Notes: a model not told the origin generated them from the letters alone. A stretch of DNA of 32,000 nucleotides from Candidatus Saganbacteria bacterium (GCA_026387835.1 JAPLKZ010000007.1:167257-199256), one strand, 5' to 3'; counted from the stretch's first letter, positions 1 to 9,017 are shown. Numbers and translations are program-made.

Positions 1-146
1 GGAAGCTCGACATGATGGCTCAGGGTATGGAAAAAGCAAACACTTATGTCCAGCGGTTCGTGAAAAATCCGAAGGTCGAGATCGAGAGCATAGGCGCCGG
101 CCTCAAAAAAGCTGCTCAGATATTATTTAGAAAGAAAGGAGAGTGA
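1..146 (+). CDS. 3' end of a gene starting upstream of the window (hypothetical protein, partial)
   Basis: The frame starting at nt 3 is open from the window edge to TGA at 144-146 (...KLDMMAQGMEKANTYVQRFVKNPKVEIESIGAGLKKAAQILFRKKGE*). It ends 3 nt before the ytxH-like start. No family recognised. Confidence 0.35.
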   Translation, partial: KLDMMAQGMEKANTYVQRFVKNPKVEIESIGAGLKKAAQILFRKKGE

Positions 147-149
147 GAT

Positions 150-359
150 ATGGGTAAGATCAAAAGTTTCCTCACGGGCGGGATGGTCGGAGCGGTGATC
201 GGGATGCTGTTCGCTCCGCAGAAGGGTGACGAGTCCAGAAAAAAGCTCCAGGAAGAAAGCGACAAATGGAGCCCTAAAATAAAAGAGATGGCGGCAGGAG
301 CGAAAGACACCGCGCAAAAGACTATCGATAAAGCCAAGGAAATATTCGGCAAAAAATAA
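150..359 (+). CDS. YtxH-domain small membrane/stress protein
   Basis: 69 aa. The N-terminal FLTGGMVGAVIGMLFAPQKGDESRKKL matches the YtxH pattern (Gly-rich helix followed by APKSG-type motif), and the tail is charged and helical. SD AAAGGAGAG lies upstream. The TAA stop overlaps the next ATG (TAATG). Confidence 0.7.
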   Translation: MGKIKSFLTGGMVGAVIGMLFAPQKGDESRKKLQEESDKWSPKIKEMAAGAKDTAQKTIDKAKEIFGKK

Positions 360-1468
360 TGGCTAATCTCGGCCTCGCGGTCGATATCGGCTCGACGAAT
401 ATCGCCGGTTTCATGATAGACCTTGACAAGAGAAAGGATCATTTTTCTCTGTCGATAAAGAACAGCCAGGCTTCCCACGGATCTGACGTGGTAAGCCGGC
501 TGACTTTCGCTTCTCAAAAACAGGACAATGTCAAAGCCCTTCAAAAACAGGTCGTCACCGATCTTAACAACCTCATTTTTGCTCTTTCAAAAAGACTTCA
601 CATCAACAGAAAGCGGCTCAGCAAAATAATCGTTTCAGGCAACACGATAATGCTGCACCTGCTGCTTGGTTTGGATATATCAGGATTTCTGAAATACCCG
701 TTCAAGTCGGAGATCAAAGGTCCTGTTGAAATAAATGCCGAGGAAATCGGAGTAGTCGCTTCAAAAAAAACAAAACTAATAACACTGTCTGTTATTTCAC
801 CGTATGTTGGAGCGGATGTCGTTTCCGGGATCTTATACACAGGAATGCATAAGCTTTCCGGCAGGAAGCTGCTGATAGACCTAGGGACAAACGCTGAAAT
901 CGTTCTTGGCAACAAAGACCGTTTGATCGCGGCTTCAGCCGCGGCAGGCCCTGCATTTAAAGGGAAAGATATCGTTCTTGGATCGGAGATAATATCATCG
1001 GTTGCGAGGATGTTAAAAAACGGACTTATAGATAAAAACGGGAATTTAAAACAATCAAAAGGGAACCCTCTCCCTTTGGGAGAGGGGAAGGGTGAGGGTT
1101 GTAAGGTCCTTTCCCAAGACGACATCCGCTCTTTTCAGCTGGCTAAAGGCGCTGTCAGAGCCGGTATCGAAATATTAATGGAAAAATACGGGATCAACCT
1201 TTCCGATGTCAAAAAAATACTGATCGCCGGCCTGTTCGGAAAAAAGATCGACAGGCAGGATGCTATTACAACAGGTTTGATCCCTTCAGTCCCAAGAACA
1301 ACTGTCCGGGCAATAGGCAATTCATCTTTAGGCGGGGCGAAAAAAGTTCTGCTCGACCCCGGATTACTTGAAGAAGTAAAACAGATCGCAAAAACAGCCG
1401 AGCCCGTAGAACTTTCTTTGGAAAAAGGTTACCAGGAAAGATTTATTTTCCGTATAAACTTTGATTGA
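359..1468 (+). CDS. ASKHA-fold ATPase-like protein (DUF4445 / RACo C-terminal-domain-like), stand-alone
   Basis: It has the N-terminal phosphate-1 motif GLAVDIGSTNIAG, central LIDLGTNAEIVLG and AAAGPAF, QLAKGAVRAGIE, and C-terminal GNSSLGGA, as in DUF4445 proteins. It lacks the ferredoxin and corrinoid-binding N-terminal modules of full-length RACo-type proteins. Confidence 0.65.
   Translation: MANLGLAVDIGSTNIAGFMIDLDKRKDHFSLSIKNSQASHGSDVVSRLTFASQKQDNVKALQKQVVTDLNNLIFALSKRLHINRKRLSKIIVSGNTIMLHLLLGLDISGFLKYPFKSEIKGPVEINAEEIGVVASKKTKLITLSVISPYVGADVVSGILYTGMHKLSGRKLLIDLGTNAEIVLGNKDRLIAASAAAGPAFKGKDIVLGSEIISSVARMLKNGLIDKNGNLKQSKGNPLPLGEGKGEGCKVLSQDDIRSFQLAKGAVRAGIEILMEKYGINLSDVKKILIAGLFGKKIDRQDAITTGLIPSVPRTTVRAIGNSSLGGAKKVLLDPGLLEEVKQIAKTAEPVELSLEKGYQERFIFRINFD
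1061..1115. repeat. GC-rich palindromic (REP/MITE-like) element embedded in-frame in the CDS
   Basis: CCCTCTCCC (1066-1074), TTT, GGGAGAGGG (1078-1086) form a perfect 9-bp stem. GAAGGGTGAGGGT follows. Outer inverted pentamers are GGGAA (1061-1065) and TTCCC (1111-1115). Confidence 0.5.
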
Positions 1469-1484
1469 TCCTCGGGCCCGATCA

Positions 1485-1814
1485 TCACGGTAAGTCGCGG
1501 AATTTCTCGGGGAGCTTATTGAGCAGGTTTTCCTTATCAAGTTCGCATATCATAGCCGATCTGATATTTGTCGAGATAAATCTGCAGCACTCTTTAAATC
1601 CCATTATCCATCTGGCCTGAAAACCTGCTGATATTGAATCTTCAAACATAGAAACGATCTTTTGTTTCCCGAAGCCGTTCTTTGATACCGCGTTGGCAAT
1701 GCTTGCCAGCTTGATCGCTCTTTGTATGGGATGCTCTATCCTTCTCGAAGCCCTTATTACCTTCAATATCTTTTTTTTCTGTAATATCTCAAGATCCTTG
1801 GTTATGTCTCCCAT
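1485..1814 (-). CDS. hypothetical protein (109 aa, helical, no family recognised)
   Basis: ORF with a strong SD (AAGGAAGGG, 5-6 nt before the ATG at 1814). It is convergent with the ASKHA gene and divergent from argS. Confidence 0.5.
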   Translation of the reverse strand: MGDITKDLEILQKKKILKVIRASRRIEHPIQRAIKLASIANAVSKNGFGKQKIVSMFEDSISAGFQARWIMGFKECCRFISTNIRSAMICELDKENLLNKLPEKFRDLP

Positions 1815-1925
1815 GATACCCTTCCTTTAAACAGGGTCCTTGCGGTCTGTTATGCTATCCCCCCTGTATATATTTATCGTCAAATATTCGGTGGAATTCC
1901 GCTTATTATTGCCCATTCCGCCTTG

Positions 1926-1934
1926 TGCTATAAT
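1926..1934 (+). promoter_or_regulatory. extended -10 promoter element (TGcTATAAT) for argS; ATG follows 8 nt later with no SD
   Basis: TG at 1926-1927 and TATAAT at 1929-1934. The argS ATG is at 1943. The intervening cgctgtat has no purine-rich SD. Confidence 0.4.
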
Positions 1935-1942
1935 CGCTGTAT

Positions 1943-3517
1943 ATGCGGGAAAGAATAATAGAAATCATAAGGTCTGCAACTGGGATAAACGAAATCGACC
2001 TGGAGGTCCCGAAAGAAAAAAAATTCGGGGACTTTTCGACGAATATCGCGATGTCGGCCGCAAAATTACAGGGTAAAAATTCCAGAGAGACGGCAAACGA
2101 CTTTAAGAAAAAAATAGAAGATAATGATAAACAAAACCTCATTAAAAAAGTAGAAATTGCCGGCCCCGGCTTTATTAATCTGTTCATCAATGATGCCGAA
2201 ATAAATGCCGGGCTTAACGGGATAATCAGAGAAGGCGGCGCGTACGGGGCAAATAATACAGGCAACGGTAAAAAGGTCCTGATAGAGTTTGTCAGCGCCA
2301 ATCCGACGGGGCCTCTTCATATAGGCCACGGCAGGTGGGCGGTGATCGGGAGCTCGCTGGCAGAAATACTAAAGGCGAACGGATACAGCGTAGAAACAGA
2401 GTTTTATGTCAACAATATCGGCCGGCAGGTGGATCTTTTGGTGGAATCGGTGCTTTCATCAGTAAAAGATCTTGAGATTCCTGAGGGAGGGTACGGCGGA
2501 AGTTATGTCAAGGATATAGCGGAAGAAATTAAAAAGGAAGCTCCTGAAGATGTCAAACAATATATCTTTGACAGGATCATATGCGGGCAGAAACAGACTC
2601 TCCTTGACGCAGGGGTGGAGTTTGACAACTGGTTCTTTGAGAACACGCTCCACGAGAACGGAGCTGTCGCAAAGACGATAGAGCGTCTGAAGAAGAACGA
2701 TATGACTTACGAAAAAGACGGTGCCGTCTGGTTCAGGTCAGAGCAGTTCGGGGATGACAAGGACAGGGTCCTTGTGAGGGAGAACGGGGAGCCTACATAC
2801 TTTACGGCTGATATAGCGTATCACAGCGATAAGTTCAAAAGAGGCTATGACCTTCTCATCAATGTGTGGGGCACCGACCATCACGGTTATGTGAAAAGAC
2901 TGCAGTCGGCGATGGAAGCCCTGAAGCTGCCCAGCCACAGGCTGGAAATAATAATCGGCCAGCTTGTGACCCTTTACCGGGGAAAAGAACCTGTCAGGAT
3001 GTCAAAAAGGACCGGCGAGATGATAACCCTTAAAGAAGTGATAGATGAGATCGGCTGCGACGCGGCAAGGTTCTTCCTTCTGATGACGGGGGCGGACACG
3101 CACATGGACTTTGACCTGGAGCTGGCCAAGAAAAGATCTCTGGACAATCCGGTATACTATATCCAGTACGCTTACGCGAGGATATGCAATATCCTGAAGA
3201 ACAGCGTTGTCCCGGTCCCTCAACCTGAGCAGGCAGATCTCAGCCTTTTGAAAGAAGAAGCCGAAAGGGATATCATCCTGAAACTGACGGAGTATCCCAA
3301 AGAGCTTGAAGAAGCGGCAAAGGCGATGCAGCCGCACCATCTCGTAAGGTATTTAAGGCAGGTCGCTTCCCTTTTTCATTCCTATTACCACAAGTGCAGG
3401 GTGATATGCGAGGACAAAGAGGTCATGAAAGCAAGGCTTCTTTTGATAGAATCCACTCGAATAGTGCTCTTAAACGTGTTAAAATTATTAAAAGTTTCGG
3501 CACCTGAAAGGATGTAA
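1943..3517 (+). CDS. argS: arginine--tRNA ligase
   Basis: 524 aa. HIGH-type motif SANPTGPLHIGHGR, KMSKS-type MSKRTG, and N-terminal Arg-tRNA-synthetase add-on domain (GDFSTNIAM). Confidence 0.95.
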   Translation: MRERIIEIIRSATGINEIDLEVPKEKKFGDFSTNIAMSAAKLQGKNSRETANDFKKKIEDNDKQNLIKKVEIAGPGFINLFINDAEINAGLNGIIREGGAYGANNTGNGKKVLIEFVSANPTGPLHIGHGRWAVIGSSLAEILKANGYSVETEFYVNNIGRQVDLLVESVLSSVKDLEIPEGGYGGSYVKDIAEEIKKEAPEDVKQYIFDRIICGQKQTLLDAGVEFDNWFFENTLHENGAVAKTIERLKKNDMTYEKDGAVWFRSEQFGDDKDRVLVRENGEPTYFTADIAYHSDKFKRGYDLLINVWGTDHHGYVKRLQSAMEALKLPSHRLEIIIGQLVTLYRGKEPVRMSKRTGEMITLKEVIDEIGCDAARFFLLMTGADTHMDFDLELAKKRSLDNPVYYIQYAYARICNILKNSVVPVPQPEQADLSLLKEEAERDIILKLTEYPKELEEAAKAMQPHHLVRYLRQVASLFHSYYHKCRVICEDKEVMKARLLLIESTRIVLLNVLKLLKVSAPERM

Positions 3518-3521
3518 TAAA

Positions 3522-4433
3522 ATGAAAGAATGTTTTTTTGAAGGAAATTTCGTCCCTTTTGAGAAGGCGAACATCTCGATAATGACGCACGCGTTCAATT
3601 ACGGCACCGCGGTCTTTGAAGGAATACGCGGATACTGGAACCCCGAAAAGAAACAGAAATTCATACTGAAGCTTTCAGAGCATTACGAGCGTCTTTTAAG
3701 GTCGTGCAGGGTCATCAGGATAGAATCAAAATACTCCCTCAGGGAACTTTGCGACATAACGATCGACCTAGTCAGAAGGAATAATTACAGAGAAGATATC
3801 TATATCAGGCCTTTAGCATATAAATCAACGAAAAAAATAGGCCTCGGGCTTGTCGGGGTCGAAGATGACCTGTGCATATTCCTGTCACCTTTCGGCGACT
3901 ACCTTGATATCTCCAAGGGCATACGCGTCTGCACCTCTTCGTGGAGAAGGCTGGATGATATGGCGATACCGACGCGGGCAAAGATAACAGGGTCTTATAT
4001 CAATTCTTCCCTGGCGAAATCGGAAGCGATCGAAGGCGGGTTCGAGGAAGCTATAATGCTCTCGCATGACGGGCACGTCTCCGAGGGCAGCGGCGAGAAT
4101 ATTTTTATGGTCAGGGACGGAAAGCTTATAACACCGGTAGTCACCGACAATATCCTTGAAGGCATCACAAGAGGCTGTATAATACAGCTTGCAAAGGATA
4201 AGCTCGGGATAGATGTCATTGAGCGGTCGGTCGACAGGTCGGAGTTATATATTGCCGATGAACTTTTCTTTGTCGGCACAGGCGCTCAGGTCTCTCCGAT
4301 CATAGAGGTCGACAGGCGTGTCGTCGGAAACGGCCAGATGGGCCCCATGACATCAAAACTGCAGAAAGCCTATTTTGCCGCTGCAAGAGGGGACGACCAT
4401 ACATATAAAGACTGGATCACGCCGGTATATTGA
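3522..4433 (+). CDS. ilvE: branched-chain-amino-acid aminotransferase (class IV PLP aminotransferase)
   Basis: 303 aa. Motifs FEGIRGY, ITGSYINSSLAK, GSGENIFMV and LEGITRG are typical of IlvE. Confidence 0.9.
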   Translation: MKECFFEGNFVPFEKANISIMTHAFNYGTAVFEGIRGYWNPEKKQKFILKLSEHYERLLRSCRVIRIESKYSLRELCDITIDLVRRNNYREDIYIRPLAYKSTKKIGLGLVGVEDDLCIFLSPFGDYLDISKGIRVCTSSWRRLDDMAIPTRAKITGSYINSSLAKSEAIEGGFEEAIMLSHDGHVSEGSGENIFMVRDGKLITPVVTDNILEGITRGCIIQLAKDKLGIDVIERSVDRSELYIADELFFVGTGAQVSPIIEVDRRVVGNGQMGPMTSKLQKAYFAAARGDDHTYKDWITPVY

Positions 4434-4441
4434 TCATATAA

Positions 4442-4792
4442 ATGATAAAAGGGATCGGCATTGATATAGTTGAGATCGAGCGGATAAAGAACGCTGTCAA
4501 GCGCCACGGCGATAAATTTCTCAATAGAGTGTACACTTCTTCGGAACTGTCTTATTGCAAAAAGTTCAGCAAGTTCCGGTTTCCCGAGCTGTCGGTGCGC
4601 TTCGCGGCAAAAGAAGCGTACGCAAAAGCGATAGGCACGGGGATGAACGGCATCCACTGGAGACAGATAGAGGTGCGCAACGATAAAAAAGGCAAGCCGT
4701 ATCTTAAGCTCAACGGCAGGACAGTGAAAAAGGCGCACGTCACGCTTTCTCACAGCAGGGATTACGGCGTGGCATGCGTGGTGCTGGAATGA
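4442..4792 (+). CDS. acpS: holo-[acyl-carrier-protein] synthase
   Basis: 116 aa. GIGIDIVEIERI N-terminus, FAAKEAYAKA, and LSHSRDYGVACVVLE C-terminus. Confidence 0.92.
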   Translation: MIKGIGIDIVEIERIKNAVKRHGDKFLNRVYTSSELSYCKKFSKFRFPELSVRFAAKEAYAKAIGTGMNGIHWRQIEVRNDKKGKPYLKLNGRTVKKAHVTLSHSRDYGVACVVLE

Positions 4793-6345
4793 GATCGATC
4801 TCAACAGCCGAGATGAAACGTATCGATGCCCGGGCCATCAATGACCTCGGCATCCCTCAGATCGTCCTGATGGAAAATGCCGGGTTAAGGGTCATGGAGG
4901 CGATAAAAGAAAACTACGGCATCCCGGAAAGCGCTGTAGTCGTATGCGGTAAAGGCAGCAACGGCGGGGACGCCGCCGTTATAGCAAGGCATCTGTACAA
5001 CAGCGGTTGTGACGTCTCGGTATTTCTCGCCGGTTCTAAAAGCGATCTAAAAAAAGGCGCAAGAATAAACTTTCAGGCAGCCAAAAATATCGGCATCAAT
5101 ATTGCCGAGATAACTAAAAAAACACAGCTCGAGATCCTTTATGATGAGCTTCAAAATACCGGTATAGTGATCGACGGGCTGTTCGGCATAGGCCTCAACA
5201 GTGATGTGAAAGGCTTGCACGCCGAGATCATCGATCTGATAAATAATAATAGAAAACGCGGATATAAGACCGTTTCGGTCGATATACCTTCGGGGCTTGA
5301 TTCTGATACCGGCAAAATAAGAGGACGCTGTGTCGAAGCGGATATGACGGTGACGTTCCACCTGCCGAAAACAGGGATGTTAAAAAACAGCGGACCGGAA
5401 AAGTCAGGGAAAATAGTAGTAGGGGATATTTCCATACCTTATACAGGCCCAAGATCACAGGATCTAAGCCTTAAAAAAATCGCAAATCGCAGATCGCAAA
5501 CCGCAAAAAACAAAAACCTGACAGATATTGTTTTTGTAAAAGAAAGACTTCCGAAGAGAAAAAAGGATTCAAATAAAGGAGATAACGGACGGGTACTGAT
5601 AATCGCCGGATCAGAAAACATGGCCGGAGCGGCGATCCTGACGTCAAAGGCCGCTTTAAGGGCAGGCTCCGGATCAGTATATTTATCTATACCCGGATCG
5701 ATCCGGTCGAATATAAATAAAGCAGTACCTGAAGCTATAACTTATTTTGACCTTAAGGTCTCCGAAATTAAAAAGATGAAATTAGATGCGATCGCCGTCG
5801 GTCCCGGTATAGGCCAGGGGAAAAGAGAGTTTGTAAAAAAACTTATTAAAGCCGACCTGCCTTGTCCCATGGTGATCGATGCTGACGGTCTGAACTCGAT
5901 TGCCGGCGAGCCGAAGGTCCTTCTTTCAAGGACATTCCCGACCGTAATAACTCCGCATCCCGGAGAAATGGCAAGGCTAATAAAGACGACCGCTTCAAAA
6001 ATCCAGTCTGACAGGACAGGCAATGCTGTGAGGTTTGCAAGAAAAAACAATGTCATCGTAGTGTTAAAAGGTTTTAATACTATTATTTCCGACCAGAGAG
6101 GCGGATATTTTATTAATCCCACGGGAAACCCCGGAATGGCTTCCGCGGGCGCGGGAGATGTTCTGACCGGGATCATCGTCTCGTTGATAGGGCAGGGGAT
6201 GGAGACATTTGATGCGGCCGTATGCGGGGCTTATATACACGGCTTGTCCGGCGACCTGGCGGCGAAAGAAAAAGGCAGGATAGGTATCATAGCTTCTGAT
6301 ATAATTGAGGCAATAACGGGAGCTTTAAAATGCGTTTCGGCCTGA
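4789..6345 (+). CDS. nnr: bifunctional NAD(P)H-hydrate repair enzyme (epimerase + ADP-dependent dehydratase)
   Basis: YjeF_N motif CGKGSNGGDA and C-terminal carbohydrate-kinase motif GAGDVLTG. The ATG at 4789 overlaps the acpS stop (ATGA) and gives the usual MRSISTAEMKRID start. An alternative ATG lies at 4774. Confidence 0.9.
   Translation: MRSISTAEMKRIDARAINDLGIPQIVLMENAGLRVMEAIKENYGIPESAVVVCGKGSNGGDAAVIARHLYNSGCDVSVFLAGSKSDLKKGARINFQAAKNIGINIAEITKKTQLEILYDELQNTGIVIDGLFGIGLNSDVKGLHAEIIDLINNNRKRGYKTVSVDIPSGLDSDTGKIRGRCVEADMTVTFHLPKTGMLKNSGPEKSGKIVVGDISIPYTGPRSQDLSLKKIANRRSQTAKNKNLTDIVFVKERLPKRKKDSNKGDNGRVLIIAGSENMAGAAILTSKAALRAGSGSVYLSIPGSIRSNINKAVPEAITYFDLKVSEIKKMKLDAIAVGPGIGQGKREFVKKLIKADLPCPMVIDADGLNSIAGEPKVLLSRTFPTVITPHPGEMARLIKTTASKIQSDRTGNAVRFARKNNVIVVLKGFNTIISDQRGGYFINPTGNPGMASAGAGDVLTGIIVSLIGQGMETFDAAVCGAYIHGLSGDLAAKEKGRIGIIASDIIEAITGALKCVSA
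5479..5513. repeat. degenerate heptanucleotide tandem repeat (ATCGCAA x about 5) inside the nnr inter-domain linker
   Basis: ATCGCAA ATCGCAG ATCGCAA ACCGCAA AAAACAA read directly. It is translated as IANRRSQTAKNK. Confidence 0.6.
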
Positions 6346-7130
6346 GCATTAAAAAAGAAGAAAAATATTTCGATTATGTCGGCAAGGAGACTCTCCTGTT
6401 CTTCAGGGATTTTGGCGGCATCTGCATCCTTCTATGGCAGGCGCTGACGAGGTCTTTCACTAAAAAGCTGAATATAAAAAATGTGTATGATCAGCTGGTC
6501 AGAATAGGCAACGATTCGATCCCCGTTTCACTCATAACGGCATTTTTTGTCGGCATGGTATTTGCTGTGCAGATCGCTACGGAGTTCACAAAGTTCGGCG
6601 CAGGCAGGATGGTAGGCGCAGTGATGGCCCTGGCAATCGCAAGGGAACTGGCCCCGATCTTGACGGCAGTGGTCCTGGCGGGGCGCGTGGGCGCGGCGAT
6701 CGCCGCGGAGATCGGCACGATGAACGTCACTCAGCAGATCGATGCGATGAGAGCCCTGGGAACGAATCCTATAAACTATTTGGTAGTGCCAAGGTTCCTG
6801 GCGTCGGTGATAATGTTCCCTGTTCTTACGCTTTTTGCCGACCTGATTGGCTTCATCGGATCTTTTCTTGTCTCTGTATTTCTCGCAAATATCAATCCGT
6901 ACAGCTATTTAGAAGCTACTGAACAATTCCTTAAGACGGGAGATATCCTGGCAGGGCTGTTGAAAGCTGTCGTGTTCGGTGCTCTCGTCTCGATCATCGC
7001 CTGCCAGATGGGGCTCAATTCAAAGAACGGGGCAAAAGGCGTGGGAGAAGCCACCACGGCTTCGGTCGTGATCTCTCTGATAACGATATTTGTGGCGAAC
7101 TATTTCATGTCAGTGGCATTGTTCAAATGA
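6330..7130 (+). CDS. mlaE: MlaE-family ABC transporter permease
   Basis: 266 aa, polytopic. Signature ARELAPILTAVVLAGRVGAAIAAEIGTMNVTQQIDAMRALGTNPINYLVVPRF. It overlaps the nnr 3' end by 16 nt. Confidence 0.88.
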   Translation: MRFGLSIKKEEKYFDYVGKETLLFFRDFGGICILLWQALTRSFTKKLNIKNVYDQLVRIGNDSIPVSLITAFFVGMVFAVQIATEFTKFGAGRMVGAVMALAIARELAPILTAVVLAGRVGAAIAAEIGTMNVTQQIDAMRALGTNPINYLVVPRFLASVIMFPVLTLFADLIGFIGSFLVSVFLANINPYSYLEATEQFLKTGDILAGLLKAVVFGALVSIIACQMGLNSKNGAKGVGEATTASVVISLITIFVANYFMSVALFK

Positions 7131-7855
7131 TAAAAATAACATCTCTGACAAAAACATTCGGTAATAAAAAAGTTCTTGACGATGTCAGCCTTGAGATACC
7201 CGACGGCCAGAAGCTGGCAGTTATAGGCCCGTCAGGCTGCGGCAAAAGCACTTTGCTCAGGTTGTTGATAGGTCTCACCGGACCGACAAGAGGATCAGTG
7301 AATATTAACGGCAAAGAGATAACCGTGATGAGCGAAGACAGGCTGATGAAGATCAGGGCCGGCATCGGCATGGTATTCCAAAGTTCGGCTCTGTTTGATT
7401 CGATGAGCGTGTACGAGAACATCGCTTTCGGGCTCAGACAGAACTCCGGGCTCCCCGAGGACCTTATCAGAAAAAAAGTAGCGGAAAAACTTGAGATGGT
7501 AGAGCTCCCGCATATAGAAGGACTTATGCCCGGGGAACTGTCCGGCGGGATGCAGAAAAGGGTAAGCTTCGCGAGGGCGATCGCAAATGACCCTTCAATA
7601 ATCCTTTATGATGAACCGACTACAGGGCTTGACCCCGTGACTTCCACTGTGATCGAGGACCTGATCAACAAACTGACAAGAGAGCTTAAAGCTACGGGTG
7701 TATTGGTGACCCATCAGTTGTCTACGATATTTAGGACAAGCGACAGGATAGTGATGATGAACGAAAGTAAATTCATCGAGGCCGGGTCGGTAGAGCAGGC
7801 AATAAATTCATCTAACCCGATAGTAAAAAACTTCATTAAAGGAGGTCTTCCGTGA
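7127..7855 (+). CDS. mlaF: MlaF-family ABC transporter ATP-binding protein
   Basis: Walker A GPSGCGKST, ABC signature LSGGMQKRV, Walker B ILYDEPTTGLD. ATGA overlap with mlaE. Confidence 0.88.
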   Translation: MIKITSLTKTFGNKKVLDDVSLEIPDGQKLAVIGPSGCGKSTLLRLLIGLTGPTRGSVNINGKEITVMSEDRLMKIRAGIGMVFQSSALFDSMSVYENIAFGLRQNSGLPEDLIRKKVAEKLEMVELPHIEGLMPGELSGGMQKRVSFARAIANDPSIILYDEPTTGLDPVTSTVIEDLINKLTRELKATGVLVTHQLSTIFRTSDRIVMMNESKFIEAGSVEQAINSSNPIVKNFIKGGLP

Positions 7856-8967
7856 TGTCAAATCAAATAAAAGTGGGGATAGTCGTCTCGATCGCTATTT
7901 TGCTTTTAGGGGCGATCGTGACATGGAAAAGCGCCATACTGATGCGTTTTACCGGCTATGAGATGATCGGTTCGTTTGAAAACATAGAGGGGCTTACGAC
8001 CGGTTCGGAGATCAGGTACAGGGGTTTTAAGGTGGGTAAAGTGATGCGGATCGATCCGGGCACTGAGGACATAAGGATCTATTGTAATATCGATAACAGC
8101 ATCAAATTTCCGGCGGATTCGACCTTGCGCGTGGCATTTGACGGGCTTGTCGGGATGAAATTCCTAGAGGTCAGGCCGGGACATTCTCAAGCGCTGTACA
8201 AGCCTTCACAGGTATTATACGGGCAGAAGACCTCAGGGATCGTTGATTTTGTCGATATGGGCACGCAGAACCTTATAGAAACAAAAAAAATCCTGATTTC
8301 GATAGCAAATATTGTCGAAAGGCCGGAAATACAACAATCATTCGTAAATGCCGTCTTTAACATCGAAAAAGCCACTGAAGAGATAAACCGTCTGACTAAG
8401 GAGCTGATCGTGCTGGCTAACTCGATCAACAATATCGTTGCGGACAAGAGTTTTCAAAATAACGTGAAAGGCATCGCAAATTCAACGGACAAGACACTTT
8501 CATCCGCAAATAAATTCTTTGAAGGTGTCGGGAACATGCAGATAAAGCCGAGCGGTGATCTGCTGTTCGGAGGCCTGTCTAATCAGATAAAAGGAAACCT
8601 TGATTTTTCGACCGGAGGCGACACGCATGTTTTATTGGCAATGGGGGAGGGCGGGCCTACCAGAAATCTCTCGATGCTTGATGTGCAGGTCGCGAGCACC
8701 GTTGCAAAGAATCTGGGCTTAAGAATAGGAATGATCAATACTTATCTCGGCGGCGGTGTCGATATGAGGTTCAATGACAGGTTCATGCTGAGCGGCGACA
8801 TCTATGACTTCAACAATCCGAAACCTAATTATCCCAAGCTCAGACTTACAGGAGAATACAAGTTCGTGGATTATGTGAACCTCCTGTTCCAGGCGGATGA
8901 TTTTCTTAACGGTCGCGCGAATGCCAATTATTCTCTGGGTGTGAGGATAAAGAGCAGCGTTGATTAA
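7852..8967 (+). CDS. mlaD: MlaD/MCE-domain protein, long form with helical and beta-rich C-terminal extension
   Basis: N-terminal TM anchor (VGIVVSIAILLLGAIV), then an MCE domain (GLTTGSEIRYRGFKVGKVMRID...LVGMKFLEVRPG). About 90 aa of helical-looking sequence follow. The last ~150 aa have alternating-hydrophobic strands (LRIGMINTYLGGGVDMRF, KLRLTGEYKF, NYSLGVRIK). The GTG at 7852 or ATG at 7855 overlaps the mlaF stop; GGAGG lies upstream. Confidence 0.8.
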   Translation: MMSNQIKVGIVVSIAILLLGAIVTWKSAILMRFTGYEMIGSFENIEGLTTGSEIRYRGFKVGKVMRIDPGTEDIRIYCNIDNSIKFPADSTLRVAFDGLVGMKFLEVRPGHSQALYKPSQVLYGQKTSGIVDFVDMGTQNLIETKKILISIANIVERPEIQQSFVNAVFNIEKATEEINRLTKELIVLANSINNIVADKSFQNNVKGIANSTDKTLSSANKFFEGVGNMQIKPSGDLLFGGLSNQIKGNLDFSTGGDTHVLLAMGEGGPTRNLSMLDVQVASTVAKNLGLRIGMINTYLGGGVDMRFNDRFMLSGDIYDFNNPKPNYPKLRLTGEYKFVDYVNLLFQADDFLNGRANANYSLGVRIKSSVD

Positions 8968-9017
8968 TGTCAATTGAACAACTGCTTTACGGTCAATAAC
9001 CAAGGTAAGATACTTAT

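Noticed and set aside
4774-4788. Upstream ATG at 4774 as the nnr start (track ORF start).
   Set aside because: The ATG at 4789 forms the common ATGA stop/start overlap with acpS and gives the usual YjeF_N N-terminus. The 5 extra residues (MRGAG) have no support, though this start cannot be excluded.
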